Positions 1 to 9,689 of a stretch of 60,449 nt of DNA are shown one piece after another. The DNA is taken from contig SVJP01000002.1 in assembly GCA_015068925.1 (NCBI GenBank), positions 1-60,449 of the forward strand, in the 5' to 3' direction. Source of the stretch: Oscillospiraceae bacterium. Lineage in GTDB: Bacteria > Bacillota > Clostridia > HGM11514. How positions within the stretch are numbered: position 1 is the first letter of the stretch; every line of letters begins with the position of its first letter. Below the pieces are notes generated by a model. That model was not told the origin of the DNA. It saw nothing but the letters and a program-made list of their open reading frames with translations, and did no database searches. Both the position numbers and the translations under genes were made by a program.

Positions 1-69
1 TGCAGCTTCCAAAATGGTGCTGCCTTCGGGAACGCTGACGCTAATCCCGTTAATTGTAAGATTCACCAT
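1..69 (-). CDS. hydA: [FeFe]-hydrogenase catalytic subunit, N-terminal fragment (the gene continues left of the window)
   Basis: The reverse complement of 1..69 reads MVNLTINGISVSVPEGSTILEAA, a typical start of the 2Fe-2S domain of HydA/NuoG-like subunits. A GGAGGAG RBS lies at 78..84 (rc). The fragment sits immediately downstream of the NuoE/NuoF-like genes. It is absent from the ORF track because it has no stop in the window. Confidence 0.6.
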   Translation of the reverse strand, partial: MVNLTINGISVSVPEGSTILEAA

Positions 70-84
70 GATTCATTCTCCTCC

Positions 85-1962
85 TTACTGTTTGGAAATA
101 GCGTTAAATTTACACTTGCTCATACAAACGCCGCACTTAATACATTTATCCGTATCAATGGTATAAGGATTCTTGATTTCACCGGAAATAGCATCCACAG
201 GACAATTTCTTGCACACAGGCTACAACCCTTACATTTTTCAGGATCAATGGTGTAGGACAACAATGCTTTACAGATACCTGCAGGACATTTTTTGTCTAC
301 AACGTGAGCAACATATTCATCCCTGAAATACCGCAGAGTGCTGAGTACGGGGTTAGGTGCTGTCTGACCCAGACCGCACATTGCAGAAGTCTTAATAGCA
401 TAAGCCAATTCTTCCAGTTTGTCCAAATCTTCCAAAGTACCTTTTCCCTGGGTAATCTTTTCCAGAATTTCGTACATTCTCTTGGTACCGATACGGCAAG
501 GAGTACACTTACCGCAGGATTCATCTACAGTAAATTCTAAGAAGAATTTTGCGATGTCAACCATACAGTTGTCTTCGTCCATAACAATCAGACCACCGCT
601 GCCCATCATAGAGCCGATGTTAATCAGAGAATCGTAATCGATCGGAGTATCAATCAAGGATGCAGGAATACATCCACCGGAAGGACCACCGGTCTGTGCC
701 GCCTTAAACTTCTTACCACCGGGGATACCGCCACCGATTTCTTCAACGATTTCACGCATGGTAGTTCCCATAGGAATTTCAACCAAACCGGTATTATGAA
801 TCTTACCGCCCAGAGCAAATACCTTGGTACCTTTACTCTTTTCGGTACCCATAGAGGTATACCATTCAGGACCGTTTAAGATAATCTGACAAATATTTGC
901 ATAGGTTTCTACATTATTCAGCAGAGTGGGTTTTTCCCACAGACCCTTTACAGCAGGGAACGGAGGACGGGGACGGGGTTCACCACGATGTCCTTCAATA
1001 GAGGTCATAAGTGCTGTTTCTTCACCACAAACAAATGCACCAGCACCCAGACGAATTCCCAGATGGAAGGAAAAGTCTGTTCCCATAATATTATCACCCA
1101 GAACACCGTATTCTTCTGCCTGAGCAATTGCAATTTTTAGTCTGTTAACAGCAATGGGGTATTCTGCACGGATATAAATATAACCTTCGTCAGAACCAAT
1201 TGCATAAGCCGCAATTGCCATTGCTTCGATAACACTGTGAGGATCGCCTTCCAGCACGCTTCTGTCCATAAATGCACCGGGGTCACCTTCGTCAGCATTA
1301 CAACATACATATTTTTTGTCATTCACAGAATTTGCAGCAAATTGCCACTTCATTCCTGTGGGGAAACCGGCACCGCCACGACCTCTCAAGCCGGAATCTT
1401 TGATGACATCAATAACCTGCTGAGGTTCATATTCCTTCAATACCTTTTCCAGCGCCTTATAACCGTCCATTGCTATGTATTCATCAATACATTCAGGATC
1501 GATAGCACCACAGTTACGCAATGCGATTCTGTTCTGCTTTGCATAGAAAGGAACCTGATTCAGAGGCTTTACAGAGCCGTCCTCCAAAACGGTTTCTTCA
1601 TAAAGCAATTCTTTTACCGGTTCTCCTTGACCGATATGCTGAGCAACAATTTTTTCGATGTCTTCAACATTCACACGGCTGTAGAAAGAACCGGAAGGGT
1701 ATACAACCACAATGGGACCCAGAGCACACAGACCAAAGCAACCGGTCAAAACAACAGATACGCCCTGTTCTAAATTTTGCTTTTTCAATTCTTCTTCGAA
1801 TTTCTGTTTAATGTCCAAAGAACCGGAGGACTGACAGCCTGTACCGCCGCAGACCAGAATGTGCGCTTTCACATCATCCGGCTTTTTGGTTTTATCCTGC
1901 CGCAATGCAATTTCAGCATATTTTTTCGCGCGAATCGCATCAATTTCAGCTATGCTTTTCAT
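85..1962 (-). CDS. hydB: NuoF-like flavoprotein subunit of a bifurcating [FeFe]-hydrogenase (FMN/NADH-binding, with an N-terminal thioredoxin-like 2Fe-2S domain and C-terminal 2x[4Fe-4S])
   Basis: 625-aa ORF. It carries GLRGRGGAGFPTG and CNADEGDPGAF motifs of the NADH dehydrogenase 51-kDa family. The C-terminus has CKGCSLCARNCP and CIKCGVCMSKC ferredoxin motifs. Confidence 0.9.
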   Translation of the reverse strand: MKSIAEIDAIRAKKYAEIALRQDKTKKPDDVKAHILVCGGTGCQSSGSLDIKQKFEEELKKQNLEQGVSVVLTGCFGLCALGPIVVVYPSGSFYSRVNVEDIEKIVAQHIGQGEPVKELLYEETVLEDGSVKPLNQVPFYAKQNRIALRNCGAIDPECIDEYIAMDGYKALEKVLKEYEPQQVIDVIKDSGLRGRGGAGFPTGMKWQFAANSVNDKKYVCCNADEGDPGAFMDRSVLEGDPHSVIEAMAIAAYAIGSDEGYIYIRAEYPIAVNRLKIAIAQAEEYGVLGDNIMGTDFSFHLGIRLGAGAFVCGEETALMTSIEGHRGEPRPRPPFPAVKGLWEKPTLLNNVETYANICQIILNGPEWYTSMGTEKSKGTKVFALGGKIHNTGLVEIPMGTTMREIVEEIGGGIPGGKKFKAAQTGGPSGGCIPASLIDTPIDYDSLINIGSMMGSGGLIVMDEDNCMVDIAKFFLEFTVDESCGKCTPCRIGTKRMYEILEKITQGKGTLEDLDKLEELAYAIKTSAMCGLGQTAPNPVLSTLRYFRDEYVAHVVDKKCPAGICKALLSYTIDPEKCKGCSLCARNCPVDAISGEIKNPYTIDTDKCIKCGVCMSKCKFNAISKQ

Positions 1963-1980
1963 TGGAAAATCCCTCCCCTA

Positions 1981-2472
1981 TTACACATACTTTTTCATAA
2001 TATCGTCAACATCATGCTTTGTCAGTCTGCCGTATACTTCGTCATTGACAGTCAGCACAGGCGCCAGACCGCAAGCACCGATACATCTGGTTGCTTCCAG
2101 AGAATACTTTGCATCGGAAGTACACTGACCAACATCGATGCCCAGCTTATTCTTAAATTCTTCCAGAATATCACCGGAACCCTTTACATAGCAGGCAGTT
2201 CCCAAACAAATTGCAATATGATACTGACCCTTTGGTTCCAGCTTAAACTGGGTATAAAAGGTTACAATACCATACACTTCAGACAAAGGTATCCCTAAGC
2301 CGTCAGCAATCATAGTCTGCACTTCAATCGGCAGATAACCGTAAATTTCCTGCGCTTCGTGCAAAACAGGAATCAAGGCGCCTTTTTCATCCTTGTGGCT
2401 TTGAATTACCGCCTTCAGCTGCTCCTCCTGCTGAGGAGTTCCCTGAAACGGAATCGTCTTTTTTTCGCTCAT
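1981..2472 (-). CDS. hydC: NuoE-like [2Fe-2S] subunit of a bifurcating hydrogenase
   Basis: The ORF is 1981..2511. The likely start is the ATG at 2470..2472 (MSEKKTIPFQ), with AGGAG 10 nt upstream. The CLGTACYVKG...CIGACGLAP cysteine pattern matches the NuoE/24-kDa family. Confidence 0.85.
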   Translation of the reverse strand: MSEKKTIPFQGTPQQEEQLKAVIQSHKDEKGALIPVLHEAQEIYGYLPIEVQTMIADGLGIPLSEVYGIVTFYTQFKLEPKGQYHIAICLGTACYVKGSGDILEEFKNKLGIDVGQCTSDAKYSLEATRCIGACGLAPVLTVNDEVYGRLTKHDVDDIMKKYV

Positions 2473-2536
2473 TCGCTTACAACTCCTATACTTAAAAATT
2501 GGTACGTACAAAGGGAATACTCCCCTAACTTATACT

Positions 2537-2565
2537 ATTATATCATAATCAAATCAAAAAATCTA
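2537..2565 (-). promoter_or_regulatory. Candidate sigma-A promoter of the hydCBA operon
   Basis: On the minus strand: TAGATT, a 17-nt spacer, then TGaTATAAT (extended -10). It lies about 60 nt upstream of the hydC start and is overlapped by a 9-bp-arm palindrome at 2553..2577. Confidence 0.4.
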
Positions 2566-2668
2566 TAGTTTTTTGATAATTTTTTAACTTTTTTACAAAA
2601 AAGAAACGAAAGCGCCTCTTTTCAACCTTTTTTCCTCGAATTTTAGCAGAATTCTTTTGAAAAGCATC

Positions 2669-2697
2669 TCGACAAACGGGATAAAATAGTGTATAAT
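2669..2697 (+). promoter_or_regulatory. Candidate sigma-A promoter for the lipid kinase gene
   Basis: TCGACA (2669..2674), a 17-nt spacer, then TATAAT (2692..2697). It lies 33 nt upstream of the ATG at 2731, which has an AAGGAGG RBS. Confidence 0.5.
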
Positions 2698-2730
2698 ATA
2701 TATAACAGTAACTGCTAAGGAGGAGTTTCA

Positions 2731-3639
2731 ATGTCATCCTTTATTAACACAAAAAAAGCATTACTTCTTGTCAACCCCACTTCAGGGAAGTTAAAAGCCA
2801 AATCCAATCTGTTTGATATGGTCTCCGTTTTAAATCGGGAAAAAATTCAAACCACAGTACAAATTACCCAAGGCAAGGGGCACTCTGCCCATGCAGCAAA
2901 AGACGCCTATCACAACGGGTTTGATTTGGTCATTTGTTGTGGAGGGGACGGTACCCTTAACGAAACTATTACCGGAATGATGGAAGCTAAAGTAAAGCTG
3001 CCGCTGGGATACATTCCTGCAGGCAGTACCAATGATTTTGCAAACAGCATGGGAATTTCCGTAAATCCCATAGAAGCAACAGAACAAATTGCAAAATTGT
3101 CCCCCGTACCGGTAGACATTGGGCAATTTAATTCTAACCGTTATTTTTCTTATATTGCATCGTTTGGTATTTTTACTGCCGTTTCTTACAGCACCCCCCA
3201 AGCAACCAAAAACATTCTCGGTCATCTGGCTTATATACTGGAAGGGGTAAAGGATCTGACAAACATTCAATCTCACCATGTGGTAGTAGAAACCAAAACC
3301 CAACGATACGAGGGAGATTATATTTTCGGTGCGGTGTGCAACACTACTTCTGTTGCAGGAATTGTAAAAATTGCTTCGGATTTGGTTGCCACCAATGACG
3401 GATTATTCGAAGTTCTTTTGATAAAAATGCCGAAAAATCCGGCTGAGCTCCACAAAATCGTAATGGGATTATCTTTTTCAGATTTCAGTGATGAAATATT
3501 TGAATTTTTCAAAACAGAAGAGGTACAATTTTTTACCAATCCTGATCTTAACTGGACGTTGGATGGGGAGTTTGCCTCTGTGGAAGACGGAGCACCCGTG
3601 ATTAAAAATCTTCACCAAGCCATTTCAATTTATATATAA
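2731..3639 (+). CDS. Diacylglycerol/lipid kinase, YegS/BmrU family
   Basis: 302 aa. It has LLVNPTSGK and CCGGDGTLNE motifs of the DAGK catalytic domain. Confidence 0.85.
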   Translation: MSSFINTKKALLLVNPTSGKLKAKSNLFDMVSVLNREKIQTTVQITQGKGHSAHAAKDAYHNGFDLVICCGGDGTLNETITGMMEAKVKLPLGYIPAGSTNDFANSMGISVNPIEATEQIAKLSPVPVDIGQFNSNRYFSYIASFGIFTAVSYSTPQATKNILGHLAYILEGVKDLTNIQSHHVVVETKTQRYEGDYIFGAVCNTTSVAGIVKIASDLVATNDGLFEVLLIKMPKNPAELHKIVMGLSFSDFSDEIFEFFKTEEVQFFTNPDLNWTLDGEFASVEDGAPVIKNLHQAISIYI

Positions 3640-3648
3640 GGAGACATT

Positions 3649-4188
3649 ATGAAAGAGTTATTTCAATTATTTTGGGTATTTGTCAAAATCGGTGCCGTCA
3701 CCTTCGGGGGTGGTTATGCCATGTTGCCTATTTTACAACGTGAAATTGTAGAAAAAAGAAATTGGGCAACCGAAGCAGAGTTGTTGGATTACTATGCCAT
3801 CGGCCAATGTACTCCGGGAGTCATTGCAGTCAATGTAGCTACCTTTGTAGGATTTAAAAAGCAAGGTATCCTTGGCGGAATTTTTTCAACATTGGGGGTC
3901 ATTTCCCCCTCTATTTTGATGATTACTCTGATTACTGCCTGCCTGGAAAATTTTGCAGAATATAAGGTAGTGCAACACGCTCTATCAGGAATCCGTGTCT
4001 GTGTATGTGTACTGATTTTCCAATCCGTTTCTAAAATGTGGAAAAAAGCTGTGGTGGATAAAACCGCTCTCTTATTATTTTTGATCACTTTAGCATTGGC
4101 AGTGTTTAGCCCCTTACCTGTGGCACTGTTAGTGATTGCGGCAGGATTTGCAGGCTGGAGCATTCAAAAAGCAAAGGGAGAGGAATAA
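3649..4188 (+). CDS. chrA: Chromate transporter (CHR) family protein, short-chain half 1
   Basis: 179 aa and polytopic. The GAVTFGGGYAMLPILQREIV motif is typical of the ChrA family. It is paired with a second half-size paralog. Confidence 0.8.
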   Translation: MKELFQLFWVFVKIGAVTFGGGYAMLPILQREIVEKRNWATEAELLDYYAIGQCTPGVIAVNVATFVGFKKQGILGGIFSTLGVISPSILMITLITACLENFAEYKVVQHALSGIRVCVCVLIFQSVSKMWKKAVVDKTALLLFLITLALAVFSPLPVALLVIAAGFAGWSIQKAKGEE

Positions 4189-4191
4189 GGT

Positions 4192-4731
4192 ATGCTTTAT
4201 TTGGAACTGTTTTTGGAATTTTTTAAGATTGGCTTATTCTCTGTCGGCGGCGGTTTGGCAACCATTCCCTTTTTACAGGAATTGGCAAATAAAAAGGATT
4301 GGATTTCCATTGAAGATATCTCCAATATGATTGCCGTATCGGAATCAACCCCGGGACCTTTGGGAATTAACATGGCAAGCTTTACAGGATACTTGCAATC
4401 GGGTGTTGCAGGAGCAATCGTTGCCTCGTTATCGTTGGTGCTTCCTGCCTTGTTGATTACGATTCTCATTGCAAGAATGTTAGACCGATTCAGAAATAGC
4501 AAAACAGTGAACCGTATTTTTTACGGCTTACGCCCCGCATCTGCCGCATTGATTGCCGTAGCAGGATGGGAAGTGGCACGAATCACTTTTTTTGGAACGG
4601 AAATTTCTGATTTTCTATGGAAAAATGCGTTATTGGCAATTGCAATCTGGATTTTACTGAAGAAAACAAAATGGCATCCTGTCATTTTCATTGCCGCATC
4701 TGCGGCGATAGGAATATTATTTCAATTTTAA
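4192..4731 (+). CDS. chrA: Chromate transporter (CHR) family protein, short-chain half 2
   Basis: 179 aa. It has the GLFSVGGGLATIPFLQ motif and starts 4 nt after half 1. Confidence 0.8.
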   Translation: MLYLELFLEFFKIGLFSVGGGLATIPFLQELANKKDWISIEDISNMIAVSESTPGPLGINMASFTGYLQSGVAGAIVASLSLVLPALLITILIARMLDRFRNSKTVNRIFYGLRPASAALIAVAGWEVARITFFGTEISDFLWKNALLAIAIWILLKKTKWHPVIFIAASAAIGILFQF

Positions 4732-4743
4732 AGGAGTTAATGA

Positions 4744-5568
4744 ATGATGAGCGAATGTACACACAATTGCGAAACCTGCGGAGCGGATTGCTCCTCCCGT
4801 CAGGCAGAAAGCCTGATTGAAAAACCCCATGATTTATCCCAAATCAAAAAGGTCATCGGCGTTGTCAGCGGTAAGGGCGGTGTGGGAAAATCTATGGTAA
4901 CCTCCCTCTTGGCTGTTGCCATGCAGCGAAAAGGCTACAAATCTGCTATTTTAGATGCAGATATTACAGGACCTTCTATCCCTAAGGCATTCGGAGTGAA
5001 TACTCGTGCAAAGGGAAGCGAACAAGGATTGTATCCCAATCTGACCACCACAGGAATTGAAATCATGTCTGTCAATCTGCTACTGGAAAACGCTACCGAC
5101 CCCGTTGTATGGCGCGGTCCCGTGATTGCAGGAACGGTAAAGCAGTTCTGGACCGACGTGATTTGGGAGGATGTTGATTACATGTTTGTGGATATGCCCC
5201 CCGGAACAGGGGATGTCCCTCTGACCGTATTTCAATCTCTTCCCGTTGACGGAATTATTGTGGTAACCTCTCCTCAGGAATTGGTTGGCATGATTGTGGA
5301 AAAAGCAGTAAAAATGGCAGGCTTGATGAACATTCCCGTGCTGGGTATTGTGGAAAACATGTCCTACTTCATCTGCCCCGATTGCGGAAAACAGCATTTT
5401 ATTTACGGGCAAAGTCACATTGATGAAATTGCAGAAAAATATCAGATTCCCGCTATCGGACGTCTTCCCATCTACCCTGAACTGGCAAAGCTTTGCGATA
5501 CCGGTGACATTGAATTTGTCCACGGAGATTTGCTCCCTGAAATTGCTTCCGCATTAGAAGAAAAATAG
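4744..5568 (+). CDS. Mrp/NBP35 (ApbC-like) Fe-S cluster carrier ATPase
   Basis: 274 aa. It has a deviant Walker A (GKGGVGKS), a CPDCG motif and a Cys-rich N-terminus. Confidence 0.85.
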   Translation: MMSECTHNCETCGADCSSRQAESLIEKPHDLSQIKKVIGVVSGKGGVGKSMVTSLLAVAMQRKGYKSAILDADITGPSIPKAFGVNTRAKGSEQGLYPNLTTTGIEIMSVNLLLENATDPVVWRGPVIAGTVKQFWTDVIWEDVDYMFVDMPPGTGDVPLTVFQSLPVDGIIVVTSPQELVGMIVEKAVKMAGLMNIPVLGIVENMSYFICPDCGKQHFIYGQSHIDEIAEKYQIPAIGRLPIYPELAKLCDTGDIEFVHGDLLPEIASALEEK

Positions 5569-5579
5569 GAGAAATTCAG

Positions 5580-6581
5580 ATGAACTACCGAGAGGATAAA
5601 GCACTCAGCAAGGAATATAAACAAGAATACCTGAAGGGCTTGGAGCGTCTGATTGAAAAACGCCAAACAGAAGCAGAACAAATCCGTTATGAATCCACCA
5701 AAGGAATCTTTCAAAATCAAGAGAAATTTCGCCAAAAATTTAAAGAAATGCTTGGCTGGCCTTTGGTAGACTATGAGGATTCTTCCCTGCCTGAGGTCAC
5801 CTCCACCCTTCTTTCCGAAGAAGAAACTCATTTTGTTTATCGAATGAGCATTACATTTTTGGAAGAAGTCAAAATGACCGGTTTGTTTTTCAAAGCAAAA
5901 GCAGGAAAACAGCCATTAGTCATCGTGCAACATGGCGGATTGGGTACCCCTGAATTGATTTCCGGAGTTTACGGGAATACCAGTAATTACAACGAAATGC
6001 TTCAAAGAGTGATAAAGCATGGTGTTCACGCCTTTGCCCCTCAGCTTCTTTTGTGGCATGAGGAGTATCAGGTGGAATTTGACCGTATGGCAATTGATGC
6101 ACAATTAAAGCGGGTGGGAAGCTCTATTACCGCTATCGAAGTATACGGAATCAAAAAAATGTTAGACTATTTTGAAACACAGGAATTTGTTTCTGATTTT
6201 GGAATGGTAGGTCTTTCCTACGGCGGATTTTACACCTTGTTTACTTCTGCCATTGATACCCGCATCAAATCTGCCATCTCCTGCTCCTTCTTTAACAAAC
6301 GGGATGTGGTTCCCTGGTCAGACTGGACATGGTTCCGCTCTGCAGAACAATTTGATGATGCTGAAATTGCATGCCTGGTTTATCCCAGAAGGCTTTGCCT
6401 GCAAATGGGCAACCAAGACGAATTGTTTGACTATCAACAAACCCAAGCCTCTTTTCAAAAACTGGAAACCCTTTGTAATAATGTTGGCACCGACTGGGTT
6501 ACCTTGATGGTCTTTGAAGGAAAGCATGAATTTTGCAAGGATGATGCACCCATTGAACAATTGATAAAGGATTTGAAATAA
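5580..6581 (+). CDS. Alpha/beta hydrolase (esterase-like), specificity unknown
   Basis: 333 aa. It has a GLSYGG nucleophile elbow (GxSxG) and an overall dienelactone hydrolase/esterase-like layout. Confidence 0.6.
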   Translation: MNYREDKALSKEYKQEYLKGLERLIEKRQTEAEQIRYESTKGIFQNQEKFRQKFKEMLGWPLVDYEDSSLPEVTSTLLSEEETHFVYRMSITFLEEVKMTGLFFKAKAGKQPLVIVQHGGLGTPELISGVYGNTSNYNEMLQRVIKHGVHAFAPQLLLWHEEYQVEFDRMAIDAQLKRVGSSITAIEVYGIKKMLDYFETQEFVSDFGMVGLSYGGFYTLFTSAIDTRIKSAISCSFFNKRDVVPWSDWTWFRSAEQFDDAEIACLVYPRRLCLQMGNQDELFDYQQTQASFQKLETLCNNVGTDWVTLMVFEGKHEFCKDDAPIEQLIKDLK

Positions 6582-6582
6582 A

Positions 6583-6792
6583 GAAGCTCAGGGGTGGACG
6601 CCCCTACCGAAAATTATACAGGGTTTCAAATCAATTACAACACGAATGTGTTTTGATTTGGGATATCAACAAATTTGGCAACGTTCTTTTCATGATCACA
6701 TTATTCACGATGCAGAGGATTATGCCAAACATTTGAAATACATCGAAGAAAATCCTATAAAATGGTATAACATAATCAATAACCGATTTTAA
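6583..6792 (+). pseudogene. C-terminal remnant of an IS200/IS605-type Y1 (RayT-like) transposase
   Basis: The frame has no start codon and reads EAQGWTPLPKIIQGFKSITTRMCFDLGYQQIWQRSFHDHIIHDAEDYAKHLKYIEENPIKWYNIINNRF*. The WQRSFHDHII...YIEENP signature is the conserved C-terminus of this family. The N-terminal two thirds are absent. Confidence 0.7.
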
Positions 6793-6832
6793 CCATTTTG
6801 TAAATATTTACAGGATTGTTTGATATTAAATC

Positions 6833-6861
6833 TTGCTTTTTATTTCTTGTTGTGTTATAAT
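6833..6861 (+). promoter_or_regulatory. Candidate sigma-A promoter of asnA-asnS
   Basis: TTGCTT (6833..6838), an exact 17-nt spacer, then TATAAT (6856..6861). It lies about 40 nt upstream of the asnA ATG. Confidence 0.55.
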
Positions 6862-6901
6862 AATAAGAAGTGATTCAAAATAACGGAAAGGACGATGCGA
6901 T

Positions 6902-7909
6902 ATGCCAAAAACAATGATTCCGACAGGCTACCGGCCACCGCTGAACAATTATGATATGCAAAGAGCCATTGCCTGTATTAAAACTACCTTTCAAAAGGAG
7001 TTTTCCGAAGCGTTAAATTTAAAGCGTGTTTCTGCACCTTTGTTTGTAACCGAAGAATCGGGCTTAAACGACAATCTCAATGGCTATGAACGTCCTGTTT
7101 CCTTTGATATTCCTGCGGTAGGAAGTGATGCACAGATTGTTCATTCCCTTGCAAAGTGGAAACGGCTTGCATTAAAACGATATCATTTTTCGGTTGGCGA
7201 AGGTCTTTATACCGATATGAATGCCATTCGCAGAGACGAAGAGCTTGATAATATTCATTCGGTTTACGTTGACCAGTGGGATTGGGAAAAAATCATCACC
7301 AGTGAAAAACGCACCACCGAATATTTGAAAAAGGTTGTTCGGGCGATTGTAGATGCTATTTGCGACACCAATGACCGCCTGCTCACCAATTATCCGCAAC
7401 TAACCACCAATTTATGCCGTGAGGTTGCCTTTATTACCACGCAGGAATTGGAGGATTTATATCCGGAGCTCACCGCTTCCCAACGGGAAAATGCCTTTGT
7501 AAAGGAGCACAAAACCGCATTTATTATGCAGATTGGCGGTGCATTGAAATCAGGAAAACCCCATGATGGGCGTGCACCGGACTATGACGATTGGCAATTA
7601 AATGGTGATATTTTCTTTTGGAATGACACCTTAAATCGTGCCCTGGAAATTTCCTCTATGGGAATTCGGGTAGATGCGGAAGCCCTGGATAAGCAACTCA
7701 CCATTTCCGGATGCAACGAAAGAAGAACTCTGACCTTCCACAAAATGCTGTTAGAGAATCAACTGCCTTTAACCATTGGCGGCGGAATTGGTCAATCCAG
7801 ACTTTGTATGCTCATGTTGGGCTGTGCTCATATCGGAGAAGTCCAGTCGAGCATCTGGGACGAAACAACAATCAATGCCTGTGAACAAGCAGGAATTACA
7901 TTGTTATAA
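6902..7909 (+). CDS. asnA: Aspartate--ammonia ligase (asparagine synthetase A)
   Basis: 335 aa. Length and sequence (QRAIACIKTTFQKEF...SAPLF...GGGIGQSRLCM) match AsnA. Confidence 0.9.
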   Translation: MPKTMIPTGYRPPLNNYDMQRAIACIKTTFQKEFSEALNLKRVSAPLFVTEESGLNDNLNGYERPVSFDIPAVGSDAQIVHSLAKWKRLALKRYHFSVGEGLYTDMNAIRRDEELDNIHSVYVDQWDWEKIITSEKRTTEYLKKVVRAIVDAICDTNDRLLTNYPQLTTNLCREVAFITTQELEDLYPELTASQRENAFVKEHKTAFIMQIGGALKSGKPHDGRAPDYDDWQLNGDIFFWNDTLNRALEISSMGIRVDAEALDKQLTISGCNERRTLTFHKMLLENQLPLTIGGGIGQSRLCMLMLGCAHIGEVQSSIWDETTINACEQAGITLL

Positions 7910-7922
7910 ATACTATTTGTAA

Positions 7923-9326
7923 ATGGAGGAAGGATTTGTGAAAACAACAGTCAAATCTCTTTTTGCCAATCCGGAACAGTTTGCAGACAAAGAAATCTGT
8001 ATTTCCGGTTGGGTAAGAACGATCCGTTCATCCAATGTGTTCGGATTTATTGAAATTAACGACGGAACTTTTTTCAAAAACATTCAGGTTGTTTTTGAAA
8101 GTGAAAACTTAGAAAATTACAAAGAAATTGCTTCTATGAATGTAGGTGCCGCTTTGAATATTACGGGTGTCTTCGTACTGACTCCCGATGCCAAGCAGCC
8201 TTTTGAACTGAAAGCAACTGCAATTGACATTGAAGGCACCTCTACTCCTGATTACCCCTTGCAGAAAAAACGTCATTCTCTGGAATTTTTAAGAAGCATT
8301 GCTTATTTGCGACCCAGAACCAACACCTTTTCTGCCGTATTCAGAGTAAGAAGTTTGGCAGCTTATGCCATACACAAATTCTTTAATGAAAGAGAATTTG
8401 TGTATGTACACACTCCCATTATCACGGGCAGTGACTGTGAAGGAGCAGGTGAAATGTTCCGTGTTACCACCATGGATATGGAAAATGTTCCTATGGTGGA
8501 CGGAAAGCCTGATTTTACTCAGGACTTCTTCGGAAAGAGTGCAAACCTGACCGTAAGCGGTCAGTTAAGTGCTGAAACCTATGCAATGGCTTTCAGAAAT
8601 GTTTACACCTTTGGGCCTACCTTCCGGGCAGAAAATTCCAACACCACTCGTCATGCTGCGGAATTCTGGATGATTGAACCGGAAATTGCATTTGCTGATT
8701 TGAATGACGATATGGCATTGGCTGAAGATATGCTGAAATTTGTCATCAACTATGTTATGGAAAATGCTCCCGAAGAATTAGAATTTTTCAACAACTTTAT
8801 GGATAAAGGCTTGATTGAACGGTTACAGGGTGTTGTAAACTCTGATTTTGGCAGAGTCACCTATACCGAAGCCATTGAAATTCTGAAAAAAAATAATGAT
8901 AATTTCGAATACCCCGTTGAATGGGGCAGCGATTTACAGACAGAACACGAACGGTATCTGACAGAGGTTGTCTTTAAAAAGCCGGTCTTCGTTACCGATT
9001 ACCCCAAGGAAATCAAAGCCTTTTATATGCGTCTCAATGATGACGGAAAAACCGTTGCCGCTATGGACTGTCTGGTTCCGGGTATTGGCGAAATCATTGG
9101 CGGAAGCCAAAGAGAAGAACGGTACGATGTACTGTCTGCCCGCATGAAGGAACTGGGTCTGAATGAAGAGGATTACTGGTGGTATATGGACTTGAGAAAG
9201 TTTGGCGGCACCAAGCATGCAGGCTTTGGTCTTGGCTTTGAACGTGCGATTATGTATCTAACCGGTATGTCCAACATCCGCGACGTAATTCCTTATCCCA
9301 GAACAGTAGGAAATGCAGAATTCTAA
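7923..9326 (+). CDS. asnS: Asparagine--tRNA ligase
   Basis: 467 aa, class IIb aaRS ([29 protein letters not shown]). The real start may be the GTG at 7938, which follows GGAGGAAGGA. Confidence 0.9.
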   Translation: MEEGFVKTTVKSLFANPEQFADKEICISGWVRTIRSSNVFGFIEINDGTFFKNIQVVFESENLENYKEIASMNVGAALNITGVFVLTPDAKQPFELKATAIDIEGTSTPDYPLQKKRHSLEFLRSIAYLRPRTNTFSAVFRVRSLAAYAIHKFFNEREFVYVHTPIITGSDCEGAGEMFRVTTMDMENVPMVDGKPDFTQDFFGKSANLTVSGQLSAETYAMAFRNVYTFGPTFRAENSNTTRHAAEFWMIEPEIAFADLNDDMALAEDMLKFVINYVMENAPEELEFFNNFMDKGLIERLQGVVNSDFGRVTYTEAIEILKKNNDNFEYPVEWGSDLQTEHERYLTEVVFKKPVFVTDYPKEIKAFYMRLNDDGKTVAAMDCLVPGIGEIIGGSQREERYDVLSARMKELGLNEEDYWWYMDLRKFGGTKHAGFGLGFERAIMYLTGMSNIRDVIPYPRTVGNAEF

Positions 9327-9332
9327 AGAAAA

Positions 9333-9369
9333 GAGGTGTAGCAAAATTATTTTGTTACGCCTCCTTTTT
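9333..9369 (+). terminator. Intrinsic terminator after asnS
   Basis: GAGGTGTAGCAAAAT-T-ATTTTGTTACGCCTC forms a 15-bp stem with 2 G-U pairs, followed by CTTTTT. Confidence 0.75.
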
Positions 9370-9419
9370 GGTATGTTAAATAAAAAATGATCAGGAGTTT
9401 ATTTTGCAATGTGGTTTGT

Positions 9420-9689
9420 TCAGATAATAAAATACTCTTGAACGGATGAGAAGGATGAAACAAAAAACACCAATACAGAACTGTACTTTAATTCAATAAA
9501 CGGCAATGTGAAAGGCAAAAGAAACAATAACCATCCAGTAATTTTATTTGGTAACGTATGGATTTCTGAAACCCTTTTCTTGTTAATAAAACCTAATATC
9601 ATATTGTTCATTTTTATCATTGAAATGATAACAACCCATATCCACAACCATATTGAAGTTTGCCACTTCGCCGCAAGGCGAAACTTCAC
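9420..9689 (-). CDS. Small hydrophobic protein, possibly the C-terminal remnant of a CDP-alcohol phosphatidyltransferase
   Basis: 89-aa ORF starting at GTG, with an in-frame TAA immediately upstream. The IWLWIWVVI...HTLPNKITGWLLFLLPF...LKYS segment resembles C-terminal TM helices of the CDP-alcohol phosphatidyltransferase family (from memory, not searched). Confidence 0.35.
   Translation of the reverse strand: MKFRLAAKWQTSIWLWIWVVIISMIKMNNMILGFINKKRVSEIHTLPNKITGWLLFLLPFTLPFIELKYSSVLVFFVSSFSSVQEYFII

Noticed and set aside
1237-1773. Long antisense ORFs inside well-supported genes. Examples are 1237..1773, 1777..2298, 12014..12964, 17701..18315, 10217..10801, 40224..40589 and 47244..47642.
   Set aside because: They lie opposite genes with clear family signatures. 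Their products are low-complexity or odd in composition, and they have no RBS. They are typical shadow ORFs.
2549-2737. 62-aa minus-strand ORF in the hydC / lipid kinase intergenic region.
   Set aside because: It is AT-rich promoter DNA. The product is Lys/Phe-rich low complexity, and no RBS is present.
6793-6901. A T-box or other leader upstream of asnA-asnS.
   Set aside because: Only about 40 nt lie between the predicted -10 and the start codon. I found no specifier loop, T-box sequence or terminator.
9378-9440. A 20-codon ORF (MIRSLFCNVVCSDNKILLNG) after the asnS terminator.
   Set aside because: It has no RBS, is very short, and has no supporting context.
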